From IMG/VR virus record IMGVR_UViG_3300017766_001405, positions 1 through 34,573 of that record: 34,573 nucleotides of DNA. One strand, 5' to 3'. Within the stretch, counting starts at the first letter, position 1. The number at the start of each line of letters is the position of its first letter. Under the pieces are notes generated by a model, which searched no databases, was not told the origin of the DNA, and saw only the letters and a list, made by a program, of their open reading frames with translations. The position numbers were made by a program, and so were the translations under genes. The DNA comes from a virus. Taxonomy: Duplodnaviria > Caudoviricetes. This document shows positions 1-9,360 of the stretch, in pieces.

Positions 1-149
1 AGAGAAAGAAAAGAAGCGGCGTGGGACAAACGCACGCATTTTTTCGATTGAAAAGTTGAGGGTCGGTCGATTTTTTGGCTGGAGCATTGCTCTACGGCCT
101 ATCGACGCACTATTCCACCTTTTTAGACTGAAGTCAAGGATATTTTCAA

Positions 150-533
150 ATGGCGCGACCAAGAACGCCAAAAGCCAAGGCGGAAATCACCGGCTATGCT
201 GATAAGCAAAAAACTAAATTTGAATCACGCAATGAGCCGACCGTTGCCGATAATGTTGGCGACCCGTTTGAGTGGCTGAACGAACATGCGCAGAAGGCGT
301 GGCAAGAAATAGCGTCTGAAGTTCCATGGCTTAATTGGAGTCATCGCGGACACCTGGCAATTGCAGCAAACATTCGCGGCAGAATGATGAAGGGTGATGA
401 CGTTGGCGTGCAAGCCATGAACCTTTTACGTCAATGCTATGGGCAGATGGGCGCTACGCCTGCTGACGCCAGCAAGGCTGGAGCGAAACCCGATGGCGAA
501 AAAACAGATCCAGCCGACGAGTTCTTTGACTGA
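150..533 (+). CDS. terS: Terminase small subunit (P27-like)
   Basis: 127 aa with MARPRTP N-terminus and GATPA near the C-terminus; directly upstream of and overlapping terL. Confidence 0.85.
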   Translation: MARPRTPKAKAEITGYADKQKTKFESRNEPTVADNVGDPFEWLNEHAQKAWQEIASEVPWLNWSHRGHLAIAANIRGRMMKGDDVGVQAMNLLRQCYGQMGATPADASKAGAKPDGEKTDPADEFFD

Positions 534-2457
534 AGTTCCAAAGCATTTTAACCCACCTTACCCAACTGGGCAAGTTGATGAGTATGCCGAAAAGGTAATT
601 TCAGGCGAGATTGTTGCTGGGCCGCACGTTCGCAATGCTTGCCACCGTCATAGAGATGACCGGCTTAATGGGCCAGCGCGCGGCATTCATTGGGATCCAG
701 AGGCGGCTGATAGAGTTTTGCGGTTTTTCCCAGCTGTGTTGCGCCTGAATGGCGGTCAGTTCGAAGGACGCCCGTTTAACCCGCACATCTCGCAGAAATT
801 CAAGATTGGCTGCATTTTCGGGTGGAAGCGCGTTGAATCGGATGGCGCTATCTTGCGTCGTTTTCGCCGTGCCTACATTGAAGAAGGTAAGGGAAACGGA
901 AAGTCGCCGCTTGCCGCAGGCATCGGGCACTATTGTTTGACGGCCGATGGTGAGGCTGCTGCTGAAATTTATGCCGCGGCTGCCAACAAGGATCAGGCAT
1001 TCGTTCTTTTTCGTGATGCGGTTGCCATGTATGAGCAATCACCAGCGCTGAAATCAAAGCTGAATCATTCTGGCGGCAATCCAGTCTGGAACCTATCTTA
1101 TCTCAAGAAGCGTTCGTTCTTTCGTCCTATTTCGCGTGAAGGCGCGCACTCTGGGCCTCGCCCATATGTCGCTCTTTGCGATGAGATCCATGAGCACCCG
1201 GACGGCAAGGTTATTGAAATGCTGGAGCGCGGTTTTAAGTTCCGCCGCCAGCCATTGCTGTTCATGATCACGAACAGCGGCAGTGATAGAAACAGTATTT
1301 GCTGGGATGAACACCAGCATGCGGTGAAAGTTGCGGCGGGCACACAAACGCCAGATGATGATTTTTCGTATGTTGGCGAAGTCATTGACGACACGACATT
1401 TTCTTATGTGTGTGCTCTTGATAAAGACGACGACCCGTTCACTGACCCAACATGCTGGCAAAAGGCAAACCCGCTTTTTGGCGTGACGCTGAAGCACGAT
1501 TACCTTGCTGGTGTGGTCAATCAGGCGAAAGACATTCCATCAAAGCGGAATGGTATTTTGCGTCTGCATTTCTGTGTCTGGACTGAAGCCGATACGGCGT
1601 GGATACCGCGTCCAATCCTTGAAACGGTTATGGCTGACTTCAACCCATACGTTAAAGGTGCCGGTCCAATCATGACATCTGGACTCGACTTGTCTGGCGC
1701 AAAGGATTTGACGGCAGCCGGTTTCGTTCGTGAGACTGGCACTAAGACAGTCAAGCGTGAGGATGGTTCTGAAGTTGAGTTGCCGACTTATGATTTGTGG
1801 ATTGAAGCGTGGACGCCACGCGACACCATGGATGAGCGGTCGAAGACTGACCACGTTCCTTATCGCTTGTGGAACGAGAGTTTTCACAAAGACGAGAACG
1901 GAAACACTACTGACCAGCCATACATCCATGCGCCAGAAGGCGGGCGGGTACGGTATGACCATGTTGCGGCTTTGTTTGCGCGCTTGAACGCTGAATATGG
2001 CATCGGCGTGCTTGCCTTTGACCGATACGCTTTTGATAAATTCGAGCAAGAGCTTGATGAGTACGGCGTTGAAATCAAAACTGTTGCCCACCCACAAGGT
2101 GGGAAGAAACGCGCAAAGCCAGATGAAGCAAAGGTTCAGGCAGCTAAAGACGCTGGGCTCGAAGCTCCGCTTGGCCTTTGGATGCCGGGGTCTGTGTCTG
2201 CATTGGAAACCCTCATTCTTGAGGGCAGAATCAGAATGCGGCGCTCTCCAGTACTTCTTGGGGCGCTGATGGGTGTTGCAATCGAGACTGACCCACTCAT
2301 GGGGAATCAGTGGTTTTCGAAAAAGAAAAGCACTGTGCGAATCGACCCTGCTGTGGCTTCCGCAATGGCGGTTGGGGCTGCTGTTGATGGCTTCGTTGAT
2401 GTCAAGCCGGTCGCCTCGCCCTGGGAAAATCCAGAATTTAAACTGGCAGTTGCCTGA
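493..2457 (+). CDS. terL: Terminase large subunit (HK97/lambda-like Terminase_1 type)
   Basis: Walker A KGNGKS, Walker B ALCDEIHEH, ITNSG, KANP, nuclease GLDLS and RIDPAVA. ATG 493 (MAKKQ) preferred over the ORF-track start at 439. Confidence 0.95.
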   Translation: MAKKQIQPTSSLTEVPKHFNPPYPTGQVDEYAEKVISGEIVAGPHVRNACHRHRDDRLNGPARGIHWDPEAADRVLRFFPAVLRLNGGQFEGRPFNPHISQKFKIGCIFGWKRVESDGAILRRFRRAYIEEGKGNGKSPLAAGIGHYCLTADGEAAAEIYAAAANKDQAFVLFRDAVAMYEQSPALKSKLNHSGGNPVWNLSYLKKRSFFRPISREGAHSGPRPYVALCDEIHEHPDGKVIEMLERGFKFRRQPLLFMITNSGSDRNSICWDEHQHAVKVAAGTQTPDDDFSYVGEVIDDTTFSYVCALDKDDDPFTDPTCWQKANPLFGVTLKHDYLAGVVNQAKDIPSKRNGILRLHFCVWTEADTAWIPRPILETVMADFNPYVKGAGPIMTSGLDLSGAKDLTAAGFVRETGTKTVKREDGSEVELPTYDLWIEAWTPRDTMDERSKTDHVPYRLWNESFHKDENGNTTDQPYIHAPEGGRVRYDHVAALFARLNAEYGIGVLAFDRYAFDKFEQELDEYGVEIKTVAHPQGGKKRAKPDEAKVQAAKDAGLEAPLGLWMPGSVSALETLILEGRIRMRRSPVLLGALMGVAIETDPLMGNQWFSKKKSTVRIDPAVASAMAVGAAVDGFVDVKPVASPWENPEFKLAVA

Positions 2458-2475
2458 CGGCGGCAAGGAAAATCA

Positions 2476-3780
2476 ATGTTCGGACTCACCACTACGCGCG
2501 CCGCCGAAAAAAAGGCGACGCAAGCCGCAGCAGAGGTGCGCGCTAGCCTTGAGAGCCCCAGCGTACCGCTTTCGGATGTAAGCGCATGGCGCAACCTAAT
2601 GGGCGAGTGGCACGCGGTAGCCGGGGTTACCGTTACGCACGAAACAGCACTTGAGGTTCCGGCTGTGTGGTGCGCAATCAACTTTATTGCGAACACCATT
2701 GCAAGCCTTCCGTTGCAGGTATTTTCGCGCACTGGAGACGGACGCGATACGGCGGAAAAAGATCCGCTTTATGGCATTCTTCATGACGCGCCAAATGAAG
2801 AATTGACTTCATTCATGTGGCGCAAAGGCATGATGACTAATGTTCTGCTTCGCGGACGTGGCGTTTCGTTCATTGAGCGAAACCTTGCTGGGCGCGTCAT
2901 GAATATTTGGCCGCTCGACACCGAAAACTTAACTGTAGAGCGAGTTAACGGACGCAAACTTTACCACTATACGGACGGAGACCGAAAGGTAACGTACGCA
3001 GCGAGGGAAGTTATAGACCTGACCTTCATGCTTCAGGCAGATGGCGTCAAGCATGTTAACCCTGTTGGTAAACTCAAGGGCGCTGTTGGGCTTTCCTTGG
3101 CTCTTGAAGAGTATGCCCGCAAGTTCTTTGCGAACGGCGGCGTTCCCCCCCTCGCGCTATACGGGCCAATGCCGTCACCTGGGGCTGCTGGCAGGGCGGC
3201 AGCAGACGTAACGCAGGCGGTTAAAGACGCCAATGCAGAGCGTCGAAACGTCATGATCATGCCTTCAGGGCACGAATTGAAGCCTATAGGCGTTGACCCA
3301 GACAAATCGCAGATGGTCGAGTCTCGCCGGATGCAAATTGAGGAGGTTGCCCGCATTTACGGCATACCGCCTGTCTTTTTGCAGGATTTAACCCACGGCA
3401 CATTCAGTAATACGGAACAGCAGGACTTGGCGCTAACCAAGCACTTGATTTCGCAGTGGCTGAAGGCTTGGGAGCAAGAGCTTAATTTGAAGCTGTTTCC
3501 GGCGCGCAATCGTACAAAGTTTTGCGAGTTCAATATAGACGGGCTCCTTCGTGGGGACTTCGCTACGCGGATGGCTGGCTATGCCACGGCAATCCAGAAC
3601 GCGATCAACACGCCGGACGAAGTGCGCGCGATGGAGAACTGGCCAAAGCAGGGCGGGGAGGCAGAGAAGCTGCACATCCAAGGGGCAACCGTGCCTCTTG
3701 GCTCGCAGAATATTGCGGGTGGCACTGCGCCGCCTGCCTCCAATGATAACAACCCCACTGACGGGACACAAGCCACATGA
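2476..3780 (+). CDS. Portal protein, HK97 family
   Basis: AVWCAINFIANTIASLP, PNEELT, FFANGG, EVARIYGIPP, TFSNTEQQ and TPDEVRAMEN motifs. Confidence 0.95.
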   Translation: MFGLTTTRAAEKKATQAAAEVRASLESPSVPLSDVSAWRNLMGEWHAVAGVTVTHETALEVPAVWCAINFIANTIASLPLQVFSRTGDGRDTAEKDPLYGILHDAPNEELTSFMWRKGMMTNVLLRGRGVSFIERNLAGRVMNIWPLDTENLTVERVNGRKLYHYTDGDRKVTYAAREVIDLTFMLQADGVKHVNPVGKLKGAVGLSLALEEYARKFFANGGVPPLALYGPMPSPGAAGRAAADVTQAVKDANAERRNVMIMPSGHELKPIGVDPDKSQMVESRRMQIEEVARIYGIPPVFLQDLTHGTFSNTEQQDLALTKHLISQWLKAWEQELNLKLFPARNRTKFCEFNIDGLLRGDFATRMAGYATAIQNAINTPDEVRAMENWPKQGGEAEKLHIQGATVPLGSQNIAGGTAPPASNDNNPTDGTQAT

Positions 3781-4403
3781 GCAAGATTGAAAAGCGTGGC
3801 GGCCTACTTGGCGTCGAAGCGCGCGCTATAGATGAAAAGCGAACGCTGGTTGGATATGCGTCCGTCTTCAACTCACCGGCAGACATCGGCGGGTATTGGA
3901 CCGAGATGATTGCGCCGGGTGCGTTTGCTTCTCAGTTGACTGCGGATGTTCGCGCCCTCGTTGACCACGACTCCGGCAGGGTAATCGGTCGAACCAAGAG
4001 CGGCACACTTCGCCTGTCTGAAGATGCAAAGGGGTTACGTGTTGAGGTTGATGTCCCTGACACAACTAACGGCAACGACCTTTGGGTGCTTGTAGAGCGT
4101 GGCGATATTTCCGGGATGAGTTTCGGCTTTCGCGTCACCAAGGAAGCTTGGGATGAAACCGTTGACCCTCCTACCCGAACTATTCAGGCGGTTGAGTTGA
4201 CGGAAGTTTCTGCGGTTGCCTTCCCGGCATACGATGACACGACTATCGGCAAGCGATCCCTTGATGAGTGGCGTTCAGCTAATCCACAAAAGCCACTTGC
4301 AGAAGAAACAGAAGATCCGGCGGCAGCGCCGGTAACGCGGGCCGCACTCACAAAGGTGCGCCTGAAAATGAGCCTTGATCTAAAGGCTCGCAGCACGCGC
4401 TGA
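3777..4403 (+). CDS. Prohead maturation protease, HK97 family
   Basis: GYASVFN, ALVDHD, GMSFGF, LTEVSAVAFPAY motifs; ATGA overlap with the portal gene. Confidence 0.95.
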   Translation: MSKIEKRGGLLGVEARAIDEKRTLVGYASVFNSPADIGGYWTEMIAPGAFASQLTADVRALVDHDSGRVIGRTKSGTLRLSEDAKGLRVEVDVPDTTNGNDLWVLVERGDISGMSFGFRVTKEAWDETVDPPTRTIQAVELTEVSAVAFPAYDDTTIGKRSLDEWRSANPQKPLAEETEDPAAAPVTRAALTKVRLKMSLDLKARSTR

Positions 4404-4439
4404 ACAGCGCTGCCACTCACCCGAACATACCGATAACAG

Positions 4440-4467
4440 GACCGCCTCTGAGTGGTCTTTTTCGTTT
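4440..4467 (+). terminator. Terminator-like hairpin upstream of the capsid gene
   Basis: gaccgc/gtggtc stem followed by tttttcgttt, just before the capsid RBS (ggag). Confidence 0.45.
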
Positions 4468-4476
4468 GGAGCACAC

Positions 4477-5715
4477 ATGCCTACAATTCTTGAAATGCGT
4501 GAAAAGCAGCAGACTCTTGTTGCAAGCGCCCGCGCACTGCTTGCTGACATCAAAGACGACACCGCAGAAGCGCGTGTTGCCGAACTAGAAACGCAGCACG
4601 ATGCGGCTATGGCCGAATTTGACAAGCTTGAAGCTCGTATCAAGCGCGAAGAGGCTGCCGAAGAGCGTGAGCGCGCCCTCAATGAGGCAGATTCTCGCCG
4701 CCCTGTGGCCGATACCCGCGCTGGCGACAAGAAGGTCGAAAAGACCGCTGACGAGCGCTATGCTGAAGTATTCCGCAGTTTTTTGCGCGGTGGGCGTTCC
4801 AGCCTTTCCGTTGAAGAGCGCGCGATTCTAAAAGCCGTTGAAGAGAGAGGCCAGTCAGTCGGCACTCAGACCCAGGGCGGCTACCTTGTCCCTGGCGTGT
4901 TCATGGCTGAACTCATCAAGTCACTGAAAGCTTGGGGTCCGATGCTTGATCCTGGCGTCACCCGCCGTCTTGATACGGCAAGCGGTGCGACTATCACCAT
5001 GCCATCTATGAACGACACCGCAAATGTTGGCGCGCTCATCGGCGAAAATCAGCAGGTATCTGTCTCTGAAATTGCTTTCGGCACCAAGTCGCTTGACGCC
5101 TACAAATACACTTCCGGCGTAGTGCTTATTTCCGATGAGCTTTTGCAGGATGCCGTCATGGATGTCGAGGGCATTGTTCGCGATGCAATGGCAGAGCGCA
5201 TTGGCCGCATCGCTAACACACATCTGACGACTGGCGACGGCGCTTCTAAGCCCAATGGCATTGTCACAGCCGCTGGCACTCAGGCTGCCGCTGGCGCTGC
5301 CGCCATCACACTTGACGACTTTATCAACCTTGAGCATTCAGTTGACCCGGCCTATCGTTCTGACCCTTCTGTTTCCTTTATGTTTAACGACGCCACACTG
5401 AAGGCTGCACGTAAGCTTAAGGATCTTGATGGCAACTACATCTGGCAGCAGGCCGATGCGCGCGGTGGCGCTCCAGCAACGCTGCTGGGCTATCGCTACT
5501 CCATCAATCAGGCCATTGCCGACATCGGAACAGGCAACAAGTCCGTGGTGTTCGGTGCCATGAACAAGTACGCGGTTCGAATGGTGATGGAATTTGCCAT
5601 GAAGCGCCTTGTTGAGCGGTACGCTGATTATGGTCAGGTTGGCCTTATCGGCTTTATGCGCATGGACGGCGAATTGCTCGACACGGCAGCCGTTAAGACT
5701 CTGCTGCATCCTTGA
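4477..5715 (+). CDS. Major capsid protein, HK97 fold with N-terminal delta/scaffold region
   Basis: Coiled-coil N-terminus, GGYLVP, ISDELLQD, GDGASKPNGI, KLKDLDGNYIW, RMDG. Confidence 0.96.
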   Translation: MPTILEMREKQQTLVASARALLADIKDDTAEARVAELETQHDAAMAEFDKLEARIKREEAAEERERALNEADSRRPVADTRAGDKKVEKTADERYAEVFRSFLRGGRSSLSVEERAILKAVEERGQSVGTQTQGGYLVPGVFMAELIKSLKAWGPMLDPGVTRRLDTASGATITMPSMNDTANVGALIGENQQVSVSEIAFGTKSLDAYKYTSGVVLISDELLQDAVMDVEGIVRDAMAERIGRIANTHLTTGDGASKPNGIVTAAGTQAAAGAAAITLDDFINLEHSVDPAYRSDPSVSFMFNDATLKAARKLKDLDGNYIWQQADARGGAPATLLGYRYSINQAIADIGTGNKSVVFGAMNKYAVRMVMEFAMKRLVERYADYGQVGLIGFMRMDGELLDTAAVKTLLHP

Positions 5716-5721
5716 TCATAA

Positions 5722-5747
5722 TGGCGTCACTCGAAGGGGTGACGCCA
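5722..5747 (+). promoter_or_regulatory. Stem-loop after the capsid gene (mRNA stabiliser or pause site)
   Basis: Perfect 9-bp stem tggcgtcac/gtgacgcca with no U tract. Confidence 0.5.
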
Positions 5748-5766
5748 ACACCCCATGGAGGGCAGA

Positions 5767-6009
5767 ATGCTCGTAAAAGTTAACACAAGCCTTGCCGGAG
5801 CTGACTTTTCCTTTCGCCACGGAGAGGAAGTAGATATCGAGGTTTTTGCTGCCCTCGTTGGGAATGGATGGGAAGGTCTTTGCGCCCCAATCGTGAATGA
5901 CGGTAAGCTGGAATCTACGATTGGGGCACCAGTCATTGACGTGGTTGATGAAACCGCAGACTTGCCTACTGCTATTGAAAATACCTCTAAGCGCGGACGG
6001 CGAAAATGA
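5767..6009 (+). CDS. Hypothetical head-region protein
   Basis: RBS ggaggg before ATG 5767; basic C-terminus; ATGA-coupled to the next gene. Confidence 0.7.
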   Translation: MLVKVNTSLAGADFSFRHGEEVDIEVFAALVGNGWEGLCAPIVNDGKLESTIGAPVIDVVDETADLPTAIENTSKRGRRK

Positions 6010-6581
6010 GTGTATGGACGCGGTTGGTCAGGACTGTGGCCCCAGCGTCTCCGGTTTTATCATTGCCAGAAGCAAAGCGTCATTTGCGCGTCTTACACGA
6101 TGATGATGACGATGACATTATGGCTATGATTGCCGCAGCAATAGACGCTATTGAAGGGCCAAGCGGCATTGGAATTGCACTTTCCCCGCAAACTTGGAGG
6201 TTGTCATATGATCACTTCCCCTGCGAAATTATCGTTCCTCTTGGCCCGGTAACGGCAGTCACGTCTGTTTCTTACACGGACAGGAACGGGTCGCCGCAAA
6301 CGGTCCCAAGCCTACGATTTGATCTGGACGAAAGCCCATTGCGCATATGGCCTGCACGAGACACGTCTTGGCCGGAAATATACTGCGAACCTGGCGCTGT
6401 GAAAATAACATTTGTCTGTGGTTATCCAGAACTTCCACAAGACCTGCGGTGGGCAATCCTTCTTCTTGTTGGGCATTTCTACCAAAACAGAGAAGCCGTT
6501 ACCTATGACCTCAAGGCGATGGATTTGCCTATGGGTGTCTCGTCAATTTTGGAGCGATACCGAGTAGGCCGCTTCGCCTGA
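6006..6581 (+). CDS. Head-tail connector (HK97 gp6-like)
   Basis: SLPEAKRHLRV and AILLLVGHFYQNREAV motifs. Confidence 0.9.
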   Translation: MSVWTRLVRTVAPASPVLSLPEAKRHLRVLHDDDDDDIMAMIAAAIDAIEGPSGIGIALSPQTWRLSYDHFPCEIIVPLGPVTAVTSVSYTDRNGSPQTVPSLRFDLDESPLRIWPARDTSWPEIYCEPGAVKITFVCGYPELPQDLRWAILLLVGHFYQNREAVTYDLKAMDLPMGVSSILERYRVGRFA

Positions 6582-6613
6582 TATTCGCGGCAATGACCGC
6601 AGAAGGAAAACAA

Positions 6614-7048
6614 ATGCCAAATCGTGAAATCCATAATACACTGCACGTTGTTCCGCTTATTGCGCCCGTTGCCGCACGCACGGATAACACTGCGGTTGTG
6701 TCTGCCATTATTGACACGGCAGGATACAACGCCTGCGAACTCGTTATTGTTACCGGCACCAACACAGACACTAACGCTACCTTTGCGGTGACCGTTGATG
6801 AAGGCGATGCCTCCGATCTGACAGGTTCCAATGCCGTTGCTGCAAGCCAGCTTGTCGGTACCACAGCTCTCGCAAGCTTTACGTTTGCTGATGACGTTGA
6901 GTGCCGAAAGATTGGCTATATTGGTACCAAGAGATATGTCCGACTCACCGTGACCCCAACCGGCAATGACTCCGGCAACATCTTCCTGTCTGGCGTTGCC
7001 GTGCTTGGCTACTCGTCCACCAAACCTACCGCCAACCCGCCGCAGTGA
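6614..7048 (+). CDS. Putative capsid decoration/cement protein
   Basis: Beta-rich and Thr/Ala-rich, with GYIGTKRYVRL as seen in small virion jelly-roll proteins; RBS gaagga. Function inferred. Confidence 0.55.
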   Translation: MPNREIHNTLHVVPLIAPVAARTDNTAVVSAIIDTAGYNACELVIVTGTNTDTNATFAVTVDEGDASDLTGSNAVAASQLVGTTALASFTFADDVECRKIGYIGTKRYVRLTVTPTGNDSGNIFLSGVAVLGYSSTKPTANPPQ

Positions 7049-7059
7049 TCTAGCCTTGC

Positions 7060-7079
7060 GGAGCGCTTTCGGGCGCTCC
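7060..7079 (+). promoter_or_regulatory. UUCG-capped hairpin between virion genes
   Basis: ggagcgct-ttcg-ggcgctcc followed by a weak U-rich tail. Confidence 0.5.
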
Positions 7080-7107
7080 TATTTACCTTTACGAAAAGGA
7101 GCCAATC

Positions 7108-7518
7108 ATGGCAGACCTGACAATCACCGCGGCAAATGTGGTCGCCGGCGCGAACAGCGCAAACCTTACCGGCGTAGCCGGGGCGGCAATTACCGCTGGC
7201 CAGGCGGTTTACCTCGCCGCGGCAACCAAGAAATGGCTGTTGGCAGATTCCAACAGCGCAACCGCAGAAGTGAGGCAGGCCACCGGCATTGCGCTCAACA
7301 GCGCGGCGGCAAACCAGCCTATTTCGGTCCACAAGAGCGGCGATATTACAATTGGCGCAACGCTTACGGCGGGGACAGCCTATTATTTATCCGACACGCC
7401 CGGTGGGATTTGCCCTCTGGCTGATGTCGGTAGTGGTGAATATGTCTGCCAGATCGGTTTGGCAAAAAGTTCGGCGGTACTTTCCGTGGACATTCAATAT
7501 CCTGGGGTTAGCCTATAG
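7108..7518 (+). CDS. Putative head decoration/fibre-type virion protein
   Basis: Strong RBS aaggag; AGAAITAGQAVY and GTAYYLS motifs typical of small decoration proteins. Confidence 0.55.
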   Translation: MADLTITAANVVAGANSANLTGVAGAAITAGQAVYLAAATKKWLLADSNSATAEVRQATGIALNSAAANQPISVHKSGDITIGATLTAGTAYYLSDTPGGICPLADVGSGEYVCQIGLAKSSAVLSVDIQYPGVSL

Positions 7519-7548
7519 CTTGCTGATTTCCCCATAAAATCTTATATA
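7519..7548 (+). promoter_or_regulatory. Putative sigma70 promoter of the endonuclease cassette
   Basis: CTTGCT-N17-TTATAT, resembling the alphaproteobacterial CTTGAC-N17-CTATAT consensus, in an AT-rich patch. Confidence 0.45.
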
Positions 7549-7550
7549 TA

Positions 7551-7636
7551 GGTTGCTTGGCTAGCTCGACGGAGCGAAAATCGGTTATCCAGCCGCCTGC
7601 CAAGCACCACATCTGGATAGTGAGAGGGATACTCGC
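7551..7636 (+). ncRNA. Putative structured cis-regulatory RNA leader (three-stem junction plus pseudoknot)
   Basis: P1 tgcttggc/gccaagca, P2 gctc-gacg-gagc, P3 cggtt/agccg; tatccag (7586-7592) is complementary to ctggata (7613-7619). Confidence 0.5.
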
Positions 7637-7637
7637 G

Positions 7638-7922
7638 ATGGAATTTTACACGTACATTTGGCGTGATACTAACGGCGTGCCTTTCTATGTTGGGAAGGGC
7701 AAGGCAGGTAGAGCATTTGATGTAAAGCGGCGCTCCGAGCAGTTCAAGACAAAAATCGAAGCAGGCGGGTGCAATGTAGAGATCGTGGATTGGTTTATCC
7801 ACGAATCGCAAGCTCATGCGCATGAAGTTGAATTGATTGCGCGCTATGATCGTGCCGCAATTGAAGCTTGGGGCCTTGGCAACTGCTATCTGAACTTTCC
7901 TGATAAAGTGGAAGCTGCATGA
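7638..7922 (+). pseudogene. Internally deleted GIY-YIG/AP2 homing endonuclease
   Basis: N-terminal FYTYIW...PFYVGKG...R...E (GIY-YIG) joined in frame to YDRAAIEAWG...LNFP (end of an AP2 domain); only 94 aa. Confidence 0.7.
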
Positions 7923-8131
7923 CGTGGGTTCGCTTCATTACCAACTTCGATTTCAAACCGCGCCCGTCCATCACTTTAGCATTTAAGGCTGGCGACGTGC
8001 GCAATGTAACGCGCGCGTGCGCCGCTGCTGCGATAGAGCGCGGCAAAGCGGAAAAAATAGAAAGGCCAGCCAATGCCAGCAGGAACTATGCGCGCAAGGC
8101 TGTCATTTCAGCAGCGCACGACGGGCGATGA
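7919..8131 (+). CDS. Small hypothetical protein in the neck region
   Basis: ATGA-coupled, 70 aa; WVRF...FKAG...AIERGKA pattern common before head-closure genes. Confidence 0.6.
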   Translation: MTWVRFITNFDFKPRPSITLAFKAGDVRNVTRACAAAAIERGKAEKIERPANASRNYARKAVISAAHDGR

Positions 8132-8420
8132 TGGGTTCGGAACGCCTGTAGTTGGTGATTTCGCAGAAGTATTCCAAGACTTTGCCGAGATCACGCCGCG
8201 CATGGGGTCGGAAGCCGTCATGGCGTCCCGCCTGAACGGGTTGCAGCCGGTGACGATAAAGGTGCGCAGCCACACAAAAACACGCGCTATTGACACTACA
8301 TGGCGGGCTGTGGGGCGTGGTAGTGAGGTTTACTCAATCACGTCTCCTCCCATCAATTCCGATCAGAAAAACGACTGGATTGAGATGCTGGCAACCGTTG
8401 GCACGCAGGTAGATGGCTGA
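8073..8420 (+). CDS. Head closure/head-tail adaptor (SPP1 gp16-like)
   Basis: MPAGTMRARLSFQ...DGFG...IKVR pattern and gene position. Confidence 0.85.
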   Translation: MPAGTMRARLSFQQRTTGDDGFGTPVVGDFAEVFQDFAEITPRMGSEAVMASRLNGLQPVTIKVRSHTKTRAIDTTWRAVGRGSEVYSITSPPINSDQKNDWIEMLATVGTQVDG

Positions 8421-8884
8421 TGGCAATCAAAGGACTCGATAGCCTGAATCGAAAATTGCGCGCCTTGCCGCTAGTTGCTGAAAAGCGCATTCGGCAAGCC
8501 ATGGAACAAGGCGCGGATGAAATTGTCGCGATGATGAAGTCGCTTTGCCCTGCCGATAGTGGTGACTTGAAAAAGAGTATCGCGTGGACGTGGGGGCAAG
8601 CGCCCAAAGGCGCACTGACTGTGGCAAAAGTCAAGCAAGCCAGCGGCGAAAACACGTTGACGATCTACGCTGGCAACGCTGAAGCTTATTATGCGCGTTT
8701 TGTGGAATTTGGTACGGCCTCGCATATTGCTGGCGGTGAGTTTGCTGGCGCGACTATCCCGGCTATTCCAGCGCAGCCATTCTTTTATGTCAGCTTTCGC
8801 GCCAACCGCCGAAAAGTAAAAGGCCGCATCACACGCGCCATCAATAAGGCAGCAAAAGAAGTTGCGGCAGGCGGCGGCAAATAG
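8420..8884 (+). CDS. HK97 gp10-like neck/tail completion protein
   Basis: IKGLDSL, PADSGDLKKSI, YARFVEFGT, PAQPF. Confidence 0.9.
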   Translation: MAIKGLDSLNRKLRALPLVAEKRIRQAMEQGADEIVAMMKSLCPADSGDLKKSIAWTWGQAPKGALTVAKVKQASGENTLTIYAGNAEAYYARFVEFGTASHIAGGEFAGATIPAIPAQPFFYVSFRANRRKVKGRITRAINKAAKEVAAGGGK

Positions 8885-8905
8885 CACCGCCAAGGACACC
8901 CAATC

Positions 8906-9322
8906 ATGGACCCAATTTATGAGCTGAAGGCTGCGATAATCACGCGGCTTCGGGCTAATACGGCTATTGTGGCGTTTTGCGGCAACCGCATTTATGACCG
9001 CCCGCCAGCTGGCACGCTTACCCCGCCTTACATCTCACTGGGTCCATGGGACGCGATCACAGAGGATGCGGAATGCATTGATGCGGTTGAGATCACCGGG
9101 CAAATTGATGTTTGGTCTTGGGGCGCAAATGAAGCCTTTGGCAGCGCCGAGGCGAGCAAGATTGCGGGCATTATCCGCGCATCACTGCATGACGCCGAGA
9201 TTATCATTGGCACCAATGCCGTCGCAACAATTAACCACCGCATCACACGCCTGCAACGCGAAAGCGACGGCGCAACCAATCGAGCGATTGTGACGATCAC
9301 AGCGCTTGTTGAAGTCAATTAG
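8906..9322 (+). CDS. Tail terminator (DUF3168-like)
   Basis: RIYDRPP, PPYISLG, QIDVWS motifs; position before the tail tube gene. Confidence 0.85.
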   Translation: MDPIYELKAAIITRLRANTAIVAFCGNRIYDRPPAGTLTPPYISLGPWDAITEDAECIDAVEITGQIDVWSWGANEAFGSAEASKIAGIIRASLHDAEIIIGTNAVATINHRITRLQRESDGATNRAIVTITALVEVN

Positions 9323-9360
9323 CGGCTACCGACCGCAACCACCAAACATAGGAGGCCGCT

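Noticed and set aside
1-149. cos packaging site at the window start
   Set aside because: The position upstream of terS is compatible, but no cohesive-end sequence can be defined without read termini.
6099-6116. GAT/GAC run encoding poly-Asp in the head-tail connector
   Set aside because: Short acidic runs are normal at this position in gp6-like proteins, and the mixed codons argue against phase variation.
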